56,099 bases of DNA, from assembly GCA_964415865.1 (NCBI GenBank), contig CAYQBY010000006.1, forward strand, positions 4,397-60,495. Reading direction: 5' to 3'. Within the stretch, counting starts at the first letter, position 1. Each line of letters opens with the position of its first letter. This DNA comes from an uncultured Piscirickettsiaceae bacterium (GTDB lineage Bacteria; Pseudomonadota; Gammaproteobacteria; GCF-002020875). A program made the position numbers and the translations under genes. Shown here piece after piece: positions 43,665 through 54,410 of the stretch. The notes beneath the pieces are model-generated. The model was given only the letters and a program-made list of their open reading frames with translations, was not told the DNA's origin and ran no database searches.

Positions 43665-46436
43665 CTACAGCAAACGTTTCCAAATGTTTGTAACCTGCTT
43701 ACGCTCTACAACAAACTCTTTTTCAGAGACAACTGCTTTTTGGTTTTGTAGTGATAGGTGGTAGGCGCGTCTTCGATAGACGCGATAATTTTCCTCAAGT
43801 ATTTTTGCCTCATCTTCCGTAATCAAGCTATCTTCGGCCAACTGCTCCAGCAGACGAATATTATCTGTCCACTGCATTAATGACGGGTATTGTGATGCCC
43901 AGCGTAACACCATGTACTGAACGATAAACTCGATATCCACCATTCCGCCCTTCATCTGTTTAAGATTAATCTCTCCCTTGTCACACCGCCCTAGCGAATC
44001 ACGCATTTTCTCTCGCATATCCTTAACCTCTGCCTGTAACTCACTCTCCTCTCTCTGTTTGCTCAGGATGGTACTTCTGATTGCGTCAAATTCTTCCCTT
44101 GCCTTTGTGCCGCCAAAAATTACCCGGGCACGCACCAGTGCCTGATGTTCCCAGGTCCATGCATCTTCTTGTTGATAGTTGAGGAAGCCATCAGCATCCA
44201 AAACCAGCAGGCCTGATGCACCATTAGGTCGCAGCCTGGAATCAATCTCATAGAGGCGACCACTCATAGTACGAGTACTGATTAAATGAATCATTCTCTG
44301 AGCTAGTCTGATATAAAATTCACGACGTGTTACAGGTTGCTGTTTACGGCTAAATGGATCTTCTGGCTGGCCTGTATGGAGAAATACCAGATCAAGGTCT
44401 GAACCATAACCAAGCTCAATTCCTCCCATCTTGCCATATCCAATCACCAAAAAACCTGGATCTGTAATGCTCTCTTTACGTATGCGTGGTTTGCCCCAGC
44501 GCCTGGTCATCTCTTCCCAAGACAACTGAAAACAGTATTCCACCACGCTCTCTGCTATCCAGGTCAAGGCATCGCTTACCTCCATGATAGGTAGCTTGTC
44601 CAGAACATCAACCGCAGCCACCTTGACCATATGTCTGCGCTGGAAATGGCGTAATAGCTCCATCTGTTGCTCTAGATCCTGGCGGTCTACCCTATCCCCT
44701 AACAGCGCAAGCTCGTCTCTCAATGACTGCAGGTCATCAGGCAGGAATAGATTGCGGGAATCCATTAACTCATCCAACAACATGGGAGTTTTCGATAGCT
44801 GTTCTGCAATCCATTCGCTCTTTTGTAGCAGGAGGAGCAGGTGCTCTAAAGAGTTTTGGTTCTCTGACAGCAGTGTAAAGTAGACAGAGCGTCGCCCTAT
44901 CGATTCCACCAGATGAATAGCTCTCTTCAGACTATGATCTGGGTCATCCTGCCTAGCTGCCGCATCAATCAATAGTGGCATCAGCCGATCCAGGCGCTCT
45001 GTGCCCTCCCTGCTCATGGATTGTATGGTCGTAGAGTTACGAAGTTGTTGCAGGGAGTCGATTATCTGCTCTGGCTCACCAAAGTATTTTGAGAGCTGTT
45101 CAATCAGCAGTTGTGATACGGTGCCATCCTCAAGTGCTGCCCAGGCAGACTGCATGGAGTTCTGTTCTGCTTGAGAGCTATCCTCATCCGGTGCTGCAAA
45201 CAACTTCTCAAACTGCTGTTGAACCTGGTTGCGATGCTCGTCAAGATGAACCAAGAACTCCTCCCAACCAGCAAACCCCATAGCCTCAGCTAGCAGTGCA
45301 CGCTGCTCCCCACTGGAAGGGAGTCGCTGGGTCTGTCGATCCTCATACTCTTGTAATCGATGCTCTGCATTACGCAGAAATATGTAGGCGGCCGTCAGAC
45401 TCTGCTCTTCCTCAGTAGTGATCTCTCCTCGCCTTGATAGTAGCGGCAATACTTTGAGAATCGGACGCACCTGCAGCTCTGGCTCTCTGCCTCCATGCAC
45501 CAACTGAAAAGCCTGCCCAATAAACTCTATTTCACGAATACCACCTGGGCCCAGCTTAATATCGTCCTCCATCCCTTTTTTACGAACCTGCTGTGCAATC
45601 ATCTGCTTCATCTCACGCAGTGATTCAAAAGCACTGTAGTCGATATAACGACGATAGATAAATGGGCGCAACAGATTTAACAGCTGCTCACCTGCAGTGC
45701 TATCTCCGGCTATTGTTCGGCCCTTAATCCATGCGTAACGCTCCCAGCTTCTACCATGCAGCTGGTAATAATCCTCCATTGCATCAAATGATGAGACCAA
45801 AGATCCGCTTTCACCGAATGGGCGCAGACGCATATCAACACGGAACACAAATCCATCCGCTGTTTTATTGTTAATGGCGCGAATCAAGCGCTGTGCCAGA
45901 TGGTTGAAGAACTCCTGGTTGCTGATCCATGGGCGTCTGCCTCTGGTCTCACCATCTTCTGGGTAGGCAAATATAAGATCTATATCGGAAGAGAAGTTAA
46001 GTTCCCTAGCCCCAAGCTTACCCATTGCCACCACAACCATCTGCTGCTGTCGGCCGCTCTGTTCTCCTTTTGGGGTTCCCTCCTCATCACGCTGCCATCG
46101 ATAGAGCAGGCTCAGGGTCTCGGAGACAACCGTGTCTGCCAGTGCCGAGAGTTCTCTGACAGTTGCATGGTAGTCTGACCAGCCAGCAAGATCTCGTATT
46201 GCTATACGCACCATTTCGTCACGCCTGAATAGGCGCAGTGCTTTTGAGAGCTGCTGATCATTATTGACCATAGCTAACCGTTTCTGCAGTTGTTGCTCGT
46301 AATACTTTACGCCAACCCCTGAGGAGACTGTTTTTGATTGAGTAAGACGCTGCAACAGGGTTGGATCCTGTCGACAACTATTCTCGATAAACGGGCTGTA
46401 TTTAAAAAGGTTGTTAATGGTAGAGAGAGAACTCAC
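43665..46436 (-). CDS. glnE: Bifunctional glutamine synthetase adenylyltransferase/adenylyl-removing enzyme
   Basis: MGKLGARELNFSSDIDL and YGKMGGIELGYGSDLDL nucleotidyltransferase domains, WEHQAL. Confidence 0.96.
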   Translation of the reverse strand: MSSLSTINNLFKYSPFIENSCRQDPTLLQRLTQSKTVSSGVGVKYYEQQLQKRLAMVNNDQQLSKALRLFRRDEMVRIAIRDLAGWSDYHATVRELSALADTVVSETLSLLYRWQRDEEGTPKGEQSGRQQQMVVVAMGKLGARELNFSSDIDLIFAYPEDGETRGRRPWISNQEFFNHLAQRLIRAINNKTADGFVFRVDMRLRPFGESGSLVSSFDAMEDYYQLHGRSWERYAWIKGRTIAGDSTAGEQLLNLLRPFIYRRYIDYSAFESLREMKQMIAQQVRKKGMEDDIKLGPGGIREIEFIGQAFQLVHGGREPELQVRPILKVLPLLSRRGEITTEEEQSLTAAYIFLRNAEHRLQEYEDRQTQRLPSSGEQRALLAEAMGFAGWEEFLVHLDEHRNQVQQQFEKLFAAPDEDSSQAEQNSMQSAWAALEDGTVSQLLIEQLSKYFGEPEQIIDSLQQLRNSTTIQSMSREGTERLDRLMPLLIDAAARQDDPDHSLKRAIHLVESIGRRSVYFTLLSENQNSLEHLLLLLQKSEWIAEQLSKTPMLLDELMDSRNLFLPDDLQSLRDELALLGDRVDRQDLEQQMELLRHFQRRHMVKVAAVDVLDKLPIMEVSDALTWIAESVVEYCFQLSWEEMTRRWGKPRIRKESITDPGFLVIGYGKMGGIELGYGSDLDLVFLHTGQPEDPFSRKQQPVTRREFYIRLAQRMIHLISTRTMSGRLYEIDSRLRPNGASGLLVLDADGFLNYQQEDAWTWEHQALVRARVIFGGTKAREEFDAIRSTILSKQREESELQAEVKDMREKMRDSLGRCDKGEINLKQMKGGMVDIEFIVQYMVLRWASQYPSLMQWTDNIRLLEQLAEDSLITEDEAKILEENYRVYRRRAYHLSLQNQKAVVSEKEFVVERKQVTNIWKRLL

Positions 46437-47431
46437 TGTGCCATTGCAAGTTGTCTGCTCTTGTGACGGTTCAGCAATACCTTACGTAGCTTTGCTGTTG
46501 CCTGATAAAAATATTTACGCTCCGCCGTAGATAGCTTCTGGGTACGTGGGAGTGCAACTTTCATTGCATCCTTATACTCCCCATCTTGTCTGAATTCGTA
46601 GTGGAGATGAGGCCCGGTCGCCAGCCCCGTACTGCCGCTGTAACCGATTATATCGCCCTGTTTTATCTGTTTACCAACCTTCAGCTTTTTTGCGAAACGT
46701 GACAGATGAGCGTAAACAGTAGTGTATTTACCCCCGCTATGCTTCAGAAATATGACGTTCCCATATCCTCTCTGTCGCTCACGCTTTTCTACAACACCAT
46801 CGGCTGTCGCCATTACCGGTGTTCCTGTTTTGGCAATAAAATCTGTGCCTCTGTGCGGGCGATACTTCTTGAGTACTGGATGATAGCGACGCAGGGTAAA
46901 GTGTGAGCTTATCTTGGTATTTTTTAGTGGACTACGAAGAAAGTCTGCCTCTAACGGAACGCCATCTCCACTATAGAACCGTGACACTCCTCGCCGGTTG
47001 GTATGGTTAATTAGACGTATGGGTTTGCCGTTATTATTAAGCTCTGCCGCAAGAATCTTGCCGCTCTGTAGTGTGCCATCTGTGCCAGGCTGAAGTACCA
47101 CTGTAAAGTGGTCCCCTTTCTTAATATCCTTACGAAAGTTGATCTGCTCAGAAAACAGCTCCTCCAGCTTGCGTATGTGCACACCAGGGATACCTGTCTT
47201 TCTGGTTGCGCCTGAAAATGTCTTGGTAATACGGCCTCGATAAACCTCCCAGCGACTATCTGAAATAGTACCTTTATCAACTTTCTGCCCTGTCTGTTTG
47301 CTGGACATGGATTGCGGTGTAACCAATCTCTTTTCTATCTTGGTTGTTTTTATCTGAGCTCCACCCTGCTCTGCACAACCCGACAACAGGAATAGCATTG
47401 AGATCAATATGATAGAAAATAACCGGTTCAT
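46433..47431 (-). CDS. M23 family peptidoglycan endopeptidase, probable lipoprotein
   Basis: HRGTD (HxxxD), YAHL, GPHLHYE (HxH); lipobox LSGC; TATAAT 6 nt before ATG 47431. Confidence 0.9.
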   Translation of the reverse strand: MNRLFSIILISMLFLLSGCAEQGGAQIKTTKIEKRLVTPQSMSSKQTGQKVDKGTISDSRWEVYRGRITKTFSGATRKTGIPGVHIRKLEELFSEQINFRKDIKKGDHFTVVLQPGTDGTLQSGKILAAELNNNGKPIRLINHTNRRGVSRFYSGDGVPLEADFLRSPLKNTKISSHFTLRRYHPVLKKYRPHRGTDFIAKTGTPVMATADGVVEKRERQRGYGNVIFLKHSGGKYTTVYAHLSRFAKKLKVGKQIKQGDIIGYSGSTGLATGPHLHYEFRQDGEYKDAMKVALPRTQKLSTAERKYFYQATAKLRKVLLNRHKSRQLAMAQ

Positions 47432-47455
47432 CCGTCCATTATACAATGAAATGAT

Positions 47456-48868
47456 TTATATGGAGAGTTCCTTAATTTTACGGGTTAATGTATTTCTCCC
47501 CCACCCCAGTAGACGTGCAGCCTCCTGCTTCTTTCCTGCCGTATGCTCCAGGGCTGTCTCAATCAGGATCTTCTCCATGGTTGGTACCACCTGATCCAGC
47601 AACCCCTCTTCATTCTGGCTGAGATGCTGCCTGATCCACTGCTCCAGCGCCCTCTCCCATCCGTCACCCACTGTTTGTCCTGCCGCATGTAACTCTGTTG
47701 GAAGATCATCTATACACACCTGTCTGGTTGGAGCCATTACTGTAATCCAACGACAGGTATTCTCCAGCTGACGCACATTACCCTGCCACTCCAGACCACT
47801 CAAATATCTCATTGTTTCGGGAAGCAACTCTTTCTCTTCTACCTCGAGCTCCTCTGCCGCCAACCCTAAAAAGTGGTTTGCCAATAGCGGAATATCCTCC
47901 CTGCGCTCGGAGAGCTCGGGAACATGGATACGGATAACATTGAGTCGATGGTAGAGATCTTCACGAAAATCTCCTGCCTGAACCGCCTCCTCCAGATCCT
48001 GATGGGTGGCTGCAATGATTCTTACATCCACCTTGGTTGGAGAGTGTCCTCCCACCTGATAAAACTCACCTTCAGACAGCACCCGTAGTAAACGGGTCTG
48101 CGTCTCTAGTGGCATATCACCGATCTCATCCAGAAACAGTGTCCCTCCATCAGCCTGCTGGAAACGCCCCTTGCGAACACCTGTGGCGCCTGTAAATGCA
48201 CCTTTCTCATGACCAAACAGCTCTGAATCCATCAGGTCCTTGGGGATTGCTGCCATGTTTAGCGCAATAAACGGGGCATCTGCGCGCGGGCTGTGACGAT
48301 GCAGTGCCTGGGCTACGCGCTCCTTGCCTGTCCCCGACTCACCGTTAATCAGTACCGTCATATTAGAGTGAGCCAGGCGTCCAATTGCACGAAACACCTC
48401 TTGCATGGCAGGAGATTCTCCAATGATGTCCGTGACAGTCTCCGGCTTCTCTCTCTGTTTGATACGTTTGCTCTGCACCTGCTCAACAGCTCGACGCACC
48501 AACCCAATAGCCTCCTCAATATCAAAAGGCTTGGGCAGGTATTCAAAAGCACCTCCCTCGTAAGCCGCAACCGCGCTATCCATATCCGAGTGAGCAGTCA
48601 TGATAATAACCGGCAAGTCTGGTTGTCTTATCCCTATCTCTTTCAGCAGGGCAAGGCCATCAATACCTGGCATTCTGATATCACTTACCACAACATCCGG
48701 GCTCTCATGCTCCAGTCTGCCCAACACCTCATTACCGTCACTAAATGCCTCAACCTCCATGCCCGCTTTCTGTAGTGCACGTTCCAATACCCAACGAATG
48801 GAGCGGTCGTCATCAATAACCCAGACGGTGCCACTGTTATGTTGATTATCGTTTTGAGTTTGGGTCAT
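47456..48868 (-). CDS. ntrC: Nitrogen regulation protein NR(I)
   Basis: Receiver domain, [15 protein letters not shown]-terminal [10 protein letters not shown]. Confidence 0.96.
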   Translation of the reverse strand: MTQTQNDNQHNSGTVWVIDDDRSIRWVLERALQKAGMEVEAFSDGNEVLGRLEHESPDVVVSDIRMPGIDGLALLKEIGIRQPDLPVIIMTAHSDMDSAVAAYEGGAFEYLPKPFDIEEAIGLVRRAVEQVQSKRIKQREKPETVTDIIGESPAMQEVFRAIGRLAHSNMTVLINGESGTGKERVAQALHRHSPRADAPFIALNMAAIPKDLMDSELFGHEKGAFTGATGVRKGRFQQADGGTLFLDEIGDMPLETQTRLLRVLSEGEFYQVGGHSPTKVDVRIIAATHQDLEEAVQAGDFREDLYHRLNVIRIHVPELSERREDIPLLANHFLGLAAEELEVEEKELLPETMRYLSGLEWQGNVRQLENTCRWITVMAPTRQVCIDDLPTELHAAGQTVGDGWERALEQWIRQHLSQNEEGLLDQVVPTMEKILIETALEHTAGKKQEAARLLGWGRNTLTRKIKELSI

Positions 48869-48872
48869 CGTT

Positions 48873-49949
48873 CTATTCCTCCAGCGGAATCAGTAAGGTG
48901 AATATGGTTTTGCCGGGCCTGGATTGACACTCAATTACGCCCCCCTGGCGATGGATAATAGACTGCGCAATAGAGAGCCCAAGCCCAGTCCCTTCGGCAC
49001 GCCCTGTTACCATGGGTAGAAAAATGGTTTTTTGTAGCTCTTCCGAAATACCCGGTCCGTTATCCTGAACCTCCAGACTGCAAACCAGGCGGTGATGCTT
49101 ATGCCCAATAGTCACCTGGCGCAATATTCGTGTTCTGAGCTGAATCTCACCGCTATTGTTCAGATGCTGTGCTGCATTTCTGACAATATTCAATAGCGCC
49201 TGAATCAACAGATCTGCATCTGCCATAAGGGTTGGAATACTTGGATCATAGTCCCGTGTTATATGCAGAGATGAGCCTCCTGACTCAGCACTAACTAGTG
49301 TTCGCACCCGTTCCAGAACCTCATGAATATTTGTCTCCTCCAGTCGTGGAGGGCGGTTGGGGCCCAACATTCTATCCAGCAGAGTCTGTAGACGATCAGC
49401 CTCTCCGATAATTACCTCTGTATACTCTCTAAGAGATTCATTTTTCAGCTCACCCTCCAGCAGTTGTGCTGCACCTCTTAAGCCACCCAACGGGTTCTTG
49501 ATCTCATGTGCCAGGCCTCGCAACAAATCAGCAGAGGCTCGTGTCTGATTTATTAATCGCTCTTCGTTCAGCAAACGCAACTGCTCATCCACCCTCTGCA
49601 GCTCTATCAGTACATGATTACTTTCTTCGTCTTCAGACAATGGAATCAGTGAACAGTCCACCACTGAACTCTCCCCACTCAGCAGCCTAAGCTCTACCTC
49701 TCTCTCAGTGTATGGGTAATTTGTCTCTGAGATACGCTCTATTCCCTCCGCCAGATCACAGTGAATATCCACTATGTCCGATATCCTCATCCCAACCGCC
49801 TTATTTGCACTGGTTCCCAGAAGAACCTCAGCGGCTGGATTGAGAAAATGGAGACGCTGGTTCTCATCAACCACCAATAATGAGATGGTTGTATGCTCTG
49901 CAACCAGATCGGTGTAGTCAGAAACACTATTTTGAAAAGAGAGGTTCAT
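48873..49949 (-). CDS. ntrB: Nitrogen regulation sensor kinase NR(II)
   Basis: PAS domain, LAHEIKNPLGGLRGAAQLL, DYDPSIP, GTGLGL. Confidence 0.96.
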   Translation of the reverse strand: MNLSFQNSVSDYTDLVAEHTTISLLVVDENQRLHFLNPAAEVLLGTSANKAVGMRISDIVDIHCDLAEGIERISETNYPYTEREVELRLLSGESSVVDCSLIPLSEDEESNHVLIELQRVDEQLRLLNEERLINQTRASADLLRGLAHEIKNPLGGLRGAAQLLEGELKNESLREYTEVIIGEADRLQTLLDRMLGPNRPPRLEETNIHEVLERVRTLVSAESGGSSLHITRDYDPSIPTLMADADLLIQALLNIVRNAAQHLNNSGEIQLRTRILRQVTIGHKHHRLVCSLEVQDNGPGISEELQKTIFLPMVTGRAEGTGLGLSIAQSIIHRQGGVIECQSRPGKTIFTLLIPLEE

Positions 49950-49963
49950 GGTTCTTGAATCAA

Positions 49964-49979
49964 TGCAAAGGCTATACCA
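49964..49979 (-). promoter_or_regulatory. Sigma54 promoter of ntrB
   Basis: TGGTATAGCCTTTGCA (GG-N10-GC) on the minus strand. Confidence 0.7.
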
Positions 49980-50087
49980 GCATGATATCTACTCCATACA
50001 AAACAAAAAATAGTGCTGTAAAACAGACTGTTACTCAACAATTATTAATATCATCGTTGTCTGGATAAAAGGCTGGCGGAACTATAA

Positions 50088-50104
50088 CGCACCATTATGG
50101 TGCA
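50088..50104. promoter_or_regulatory. NtrC binding site
   Basis: CGCACCATTATGGTGCA versus consensus TGCACCA-N3-TGGTGCA. Confidence 0.88.
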
Positions 50105-50133
50105 TAAACTACAAAACCACAAACAGCCAAAAC

Positions 50134-50169
50134 AAAAAAAGCCCCTTCTGCGCACAGAAGGGGCTTTTT
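50134..50169 (-). terminator. Rho-independent (bidirectional-type) terminator after glnA
   Basis: A7-GCCCCTTCTG-CGCA-CAGAAGGGGC-T5. Confidence 0.92.
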
Positions 50170-50187
50170 ACGAGCTTAATTTACAGA

Positions 50188-51594
50188 TTAAACGCTGTAA
50201 TACATATCAAACTCAACCGGATGGGTGGTCATACGCATACGAGTCACCTCTTCCATCTTCAGGTCAATGTAGCTATCAATAAAGTCAGCTGTAAATACAT
50301 CACCCTGTGTCAGGTAGTCATTATCATTAGCTAGTGCCTCAAGCGCCTGCTCAAATGAGTGACATACAGTTGGGATCTCTGCTGCCTCTTCTGCTGGCAG
50401 GTCATACAGATCCTTGTCCATCGCCTCACCTGGATCAATCTTATTCTTGATTCCATCAAGGCCTGCCATCAACATGGCAGAGAATGCCAGGTATGGGTTG
50501 GCTGTTGGATCTGGGAAACGAACCTCGATACGAGTAGCCTTAGGTACTGGTACAAAAGGAATACGAATAGAGGCAGAACGGTTACGGGCAGAGTAGGCCA
50601 GCATTACTGGTGCCTCGAACCCTGGAACCAAGCGCTTGTAAGAGTTGGTTGAAGCATTGGTAAATGCATTCAATGAACGAGCGTGTTTGATGATTCCACC
50701 AATGTAGTAAAGAGCATCCTGAGAGAGGCCACCATACTTGTTACCCGAGAAGATGTTCTTTCCCTTCTTGGCGATAGACTGGTGAACATGCATACCTGTG
50801 CCATTATCACCAACAATTGGCTTCGGCATAAAGGTTGCTGTCTTACCATAGGCGTGTGCAACATTGTGGGTTACATACTTGAGGATCTGCACCTCATCCG
50901 CCTTCTTAACGAGAGAGTTGAATGCTGTTGCGATCTCATTCTGGTTAGCTGTAGCCACCTCATGGTGATGTGCCTCAATAACAAGGCCCATATCCTCCAT
51001 CACCAGAGACATTGCAGTACGGATATCCTGCGTGGAATCAACTGGAGGTACTGGGAAGTAACCACCCTTAACGCTAGGGCGGTGTCCCATATTTCCGCCT
51101 TCGTATACTTTCTCTGTATTCCAGGATGCCTCTTCAGAATCAACCTTACAGAAAGAGCCACTCATGTCTGAGCCCCAACGGACATCATCAAACAGGAAGA
51201 ACTCTGGCTCAGGTCCAAAGTATGCTGTATCACCAACGCCTGTAGACTTGAGGTACTCCTCTGCACGATAAGCCACGGAACGTGGATCACGCTCGTAGCC
51301 CTCCATTGTCGCTGGCTCAACAATATTACAGCGAATAATGACTGTTGGCTCCTCATAGAATGGATCCAATAGTGCAGTATTGGCATCAGGCATCAGAATC
51401 ATGTCTGATTCATTGATCCCCTTCCAACCCTCAATGGACGAACCATCGAACATCTTGCCGGTCTTGAAGAATGCTGTGTTGACCTCTGCTGAAGGAATCG
51501 TTACATGCTGTTCCTTACCTTTGGTATCTGTAAAACGTAGATCAACGAACTTGGCGTTGTTCTCTTTAATAAGTTTGAGTACTTTCTGAGACAT
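50188..51594 (-). CDS. glnA: Glutamine synthetase type I
   Basis: [32 protein letters not shown], adenylylation site DLYDLP. Confidence 0.98.
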   Translation of the reverse strand: MSQKVLKLIKENNAKFVDLRFTDTKGKEQHVTIPSAEVNTAFFKTGKMFDGSSIEGWKGINESDMILMPDANTALLDPFYEEPTVIIRCNIVEPATMEGYERDPRSVAYRAEEYLKSTGVGDTAYFGPEPEFFLFDDVRWGSDMSGSFCKVDSEEASWNTEKVYEGGNMGHRPSVKGGYFPVPPVDSTQDIRTAMSLVMEDMGLVIEAHHHEVATANQNEIATAFNSLVKKADEVQILKYVTHNVAHAYGKTATFMPKPIVGDNGTGMHVHQSIAKKGKNIFSGNKYGGLSQDALYYIGGIIKHARSLNAFTNASTNSYKRLVPGFEAPVMLAYSARNRSASIRIPFVPVPKATRIEVRFPDPTANPYLAFSAMLMAGLDGIKNKIDPGEAMDKDLYDLPAEEAAEIPTVCHSFEQALEALANDNDYLTQGDVFTADFIDSYIDLKMEEVTRMRMTTHPVEFDMYYSV

Positions 51595-51724
51595 TAATGA
51601 CTCCCCTGATTCAATATAAACATTAGATAAAGGGTAGTCACTACCCTGTGACCAACCCCTGTAAAAAAATTAATCCTTCGAAAGCAGATGGGCATATGAA
51701 TCCGAAGGGAACGCCGAATTATAT

Positions 51725-51740
51725 AGCATAAATCGTGCCG
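51725..51740 (-). promoter_or_regulatory. Sigma54 promoter of glnA
   Basis: CGGCACGATTTATGCT (GG-N10-GC) on the minus strand. Confidence 0.85.
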
Positions 51741-51803
51741 ATCGTATAACTGACTGATACTGCTTAAGACTTTTTCTTAGTTTTTCATAAAAATAAAATT
51801 ATT

Positions 51804-51851
51804 TGCACCAATCTAGTGCATAATATTTGGTGTGTGCCCCGCATTGGGGCA
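51804..51851. promoter_or_regulatory. Tandem NtrC enhancer sites for glnA
   Basis: TGCACCAATCTAGTGCA (51804-51820) and TGCCCCGCATTGGGGCA (51835-51851), 31 bp apart. Confidence 0.85.
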
Positions 51852-51875
51852 CTAATACGCTCTTTTACATATCAC

Positions 51876-53747
51876 CTAATAAATGTACTGAAGACTTTTC
51901 ATAGTGTTTTTGAGCCCTCTTATAGAGTCTGCAATCTCATTTTTCATGTCCGTTTCTTTCTGCACGCTCTTTGCCTGACCCCCCTCCAGCTCACTCTTTG
52001 AGAGCATTGATTTTCCGAATGCACTCTTTCCACAGGATAAACACACTACATCTGTCTGAGCCCCCAAATACTTGATAAAAGGTAGAGAGGCAAATGTATT
52101 CCCGTTCAAATCAAAGTGATCGCCATTACTAACTTCGACGGGCTCCAACCAGAACCCTTCTATGAATTTATTATTGTATTCAGAAAATAGCAGATATTTT
52201 CCATCATCTACATCATCAAATGAGTATGAGCCATCTATAGATACCATATCTCTTTTCGTATCATTTGAACCTATCTCAATCAAGACATTCTTTACAAACT
52301 CACTTTTAAGCCCTTCACGCAGGCCTGGTATCTTGAATTCCTGAGAAAATTTTTCTTCCAATACAGCTAACCCATCATATATTTCTACACTAACATTATC
52401 TGCTAAGCAGGAAAGCAGGGCTTCAGAGACACGATTTAGATCAGCAACTGCGTTGCTGACATCTAATTTTATCTGCGAGTCACTTTCACACAACTCAACC
52501 TGATCAAACCAGGAGGTTAGTTCATCCAGATTAGCCGAAGCCTTATAGTCAGCGACAAGTCGCTCATGACTGTTTGACAGTTTATTGATAGCACGATCCT
52601 CCTCTATGCTAACCTTTGCGTTTAAAGCCTCATAATCAGATGCTAGCTCCACTAATGCTTTTTCAAAATTTACAATTTTAAAATCTTCAGAAAATTCATT
52701 GTTTGATAAAACAATCTTGGCCGTATCAATAACATCATTTATATAAGAAATTTTGCCATCGGTTTCATTCCTAACAGGTGTACTACTTACAGTAAAATTT
52801 GTTACCACGATTTGATCCGGCCAAATCCTTTTACTGTAGCTACTTCCATAAGTAGACATACTATGTCTCTCAACCATCAACTTAGTTGTTGCATCATACA
52901 CGCTTGGGCCATTCCAATAGGAATACATACTAACGGACGATGAAGGAGAAACTGGACAGTTCTTCTTGAACCCATACTTATCCTCACTATCCTCAATATT
53001 GATGCTTATTTGCTCACCAATTTTTACTCCTTTGGCATATGCATCAACCTCAAGACTGTGGATACAATATTGAGTTTTGTTATTAAGATGCCAATTTTCT
53101 ATAATGCCATTCTCCTCGGGCACAAACGCAACTTTTATACTGTTACTAATGTCATCTTGTAATTTGCTTGAAAGTTGCTGTACTTTTATTTCTTTTTGCT
53201 CTTGAAGCTCTGTTATCTTCTTTAAGATTTCTGTTTTTTCAGACAAATACTCCTTGTTAACATCGCTTATTTTTTCCTCTTTCTTGGTAGATAATTCTGC
53301 TATTTTCTTCAGAATTTCTGTCTCTTTTTTTTGAAACTTCTTATAAGAAGTTTCACTGCTAGAAACCATGCTACTGATCTTTGCTTTCAATAATCCACAT
53401 CCTCCCTCTGGCACTGATTTCCTACTTACTAATTTAGATAACTGAGATTGCAGATTACTCTTCTCAGCACCAATAAATTTAGAGGCTTCGCTACATACTA
53501 CCTTCATCTCATTAATGTTTTGTGCTGAAATAGTGTTATATGCAGACTTAAATGCTGGATAAAAAAGATCCACATCTGTTTCAACAGGAATAAGATATAC
53601 AAATCTTCCAGCAGCAGGTATAACAGCCCCATCATTTCTAACCAGAAAAATATCACCGCTAATTTTTCCACTATCAAAATATGCTGATGCAAGAGGTGAT
53701 ATGGCCATTGCTACTAAGCAATATTTAGCTAATATTGTTCTTCCCAT
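51876..53747 (-). CDS. Secreted hypothetical protein with coiled coils and a split beta-sandwich-like domain
   Basis: SD AGGTGAG and signal peptide from ATG 53747; long AT-rich ORF. Confidence 0.8.
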   Translation of the reverse strand: MGRTILAKYCLVAMAISPLASAYFDSGKISGDIFLVRNDGAVIPAAGRFVYLIPVETDVDLFYPAFKSAYNTISAQNINEMKVVCSEASKFIGAEKSNLQSQLSKLVSRKSVPEGGCGLLKAKISSMVSSSETSYKKFQKKETEILKKIAELSTKKEEKISDVNKEYLSEKTEILKKITELQEQKEIKVQQLSSKLQDDISNSIKVAFVPEENGIIENWHLNNKTQYCIHSLEVDAYAKGVKIGEQISINIEDSEDKYGFKKNCPVSPSSSVSMYSYWNGPSVYDATTKLMVERHSMSTYGSSYSKRIWPDQIVVTNFTVSSTPVRNETDGKISYINDVIDTAKIVLSNNEFSEDFKIVNFEKALVELASDYEALNAKVSIEEDRAINKLSNSHERLVADYKASANLDELTSWFDQVELCESDSQIKLDVSNAVADLNRVSEALLSCLADNVSVEIYDGLAVLEEKFSQEFKIPGLREGLKSEFVKNVLIEIGSNDTKRDMVSIDGSYSFDDVDDGKYLLFSEYNNKFIEGFWLEPVEVSNGDHFDLNGNTFASLPFIKYLGAQTDVVCLSCGKSAFGKSMLSKSELEGGQAKSVQKETDMKNEIADSIRGLKNTMKSLQYIY

Positions 53748-53808
53748 GCTGCTCTCACCTACGAATAATTGCTGTTTAATTAAAATCAAGAAAATAGATA
53801 ATGTCGAT

Positions 53809-54375
53809 CTATTGCTGCTCTACCTTTTCACATTTTTTGTAGGATGCCCAAACAAGCTGGTGTGTATCCTTGTTTATCTGCAACTCACTTAAGACGCCAT
53901 TATTATCCGTCCATCCCATATAGACTTGATCGCTTTTGCTTGTTGATGCTCCAGCACCCCAAAGTGTAAAGTTACTTTTACTGGCAAAATCTACAAGCTC
54001 ACGTATATCCTCTGCCATTCCTGCAGCATCCTCATGTTTTTTCTTCACACGAACCTGTGAAACTGCACCCTCAAAAACTTTGTCTTTTAGAGCTGGGGCA
54101 CATGAATCAAACCTGATTACAAGATCATAATTATTTTCTACGGACCCAACAGCCTCTCTCTCATTATCATCAAGCTTGACCGCATAATTTCCATATGCGG
54201 CATAATTTGAATCCACATCCAATAACACAAGACCATCGCTACGGTAAAGAGATAGCGTGGATATTAGCGGAGCATCAATCTCTCCATACATCCATTCAGC
54301 CCATGAAGCCATATTTCCAGCATGTGCATGTAATGAAAAAAATAAGGTGGCGACAGTAATGATTACTCTATTCAT
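53809..54375 (-). CDS. Secreted hypothetical protein
   Basis: Signal peptide ending AHA; SD AAGGA; two Cys. Confidence 0.75.
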   Translation of the reverse strand: MNRVIITVATLFFSLHAHAGNMASWAEWMYGEIDAPLISTLSLYRSDGLVLLDVDSNYAAYGNYAVKLDDNEREAVGSVENNYDLVIRFDSCAPALKDKVFEGAVSQVRVKKKHEDAAGMAEDIRELVDFASKSNFTLWGAGASTSKSDQVYMGWTDNNGVLSELQINKDTHQLVWASYKKCEKVEQQ

Positions 54376-54410
54376 AACGTTAATCCTTGTGATGCTTGAA
54401 CAGTATCTTA

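Noticed and set aside
51595-51715. Known glnA glutamine riboswitch
   Set aside because: Conserved three-way-junction/E-loop nucleotides are not recognisable; kept only as a generic structured leader
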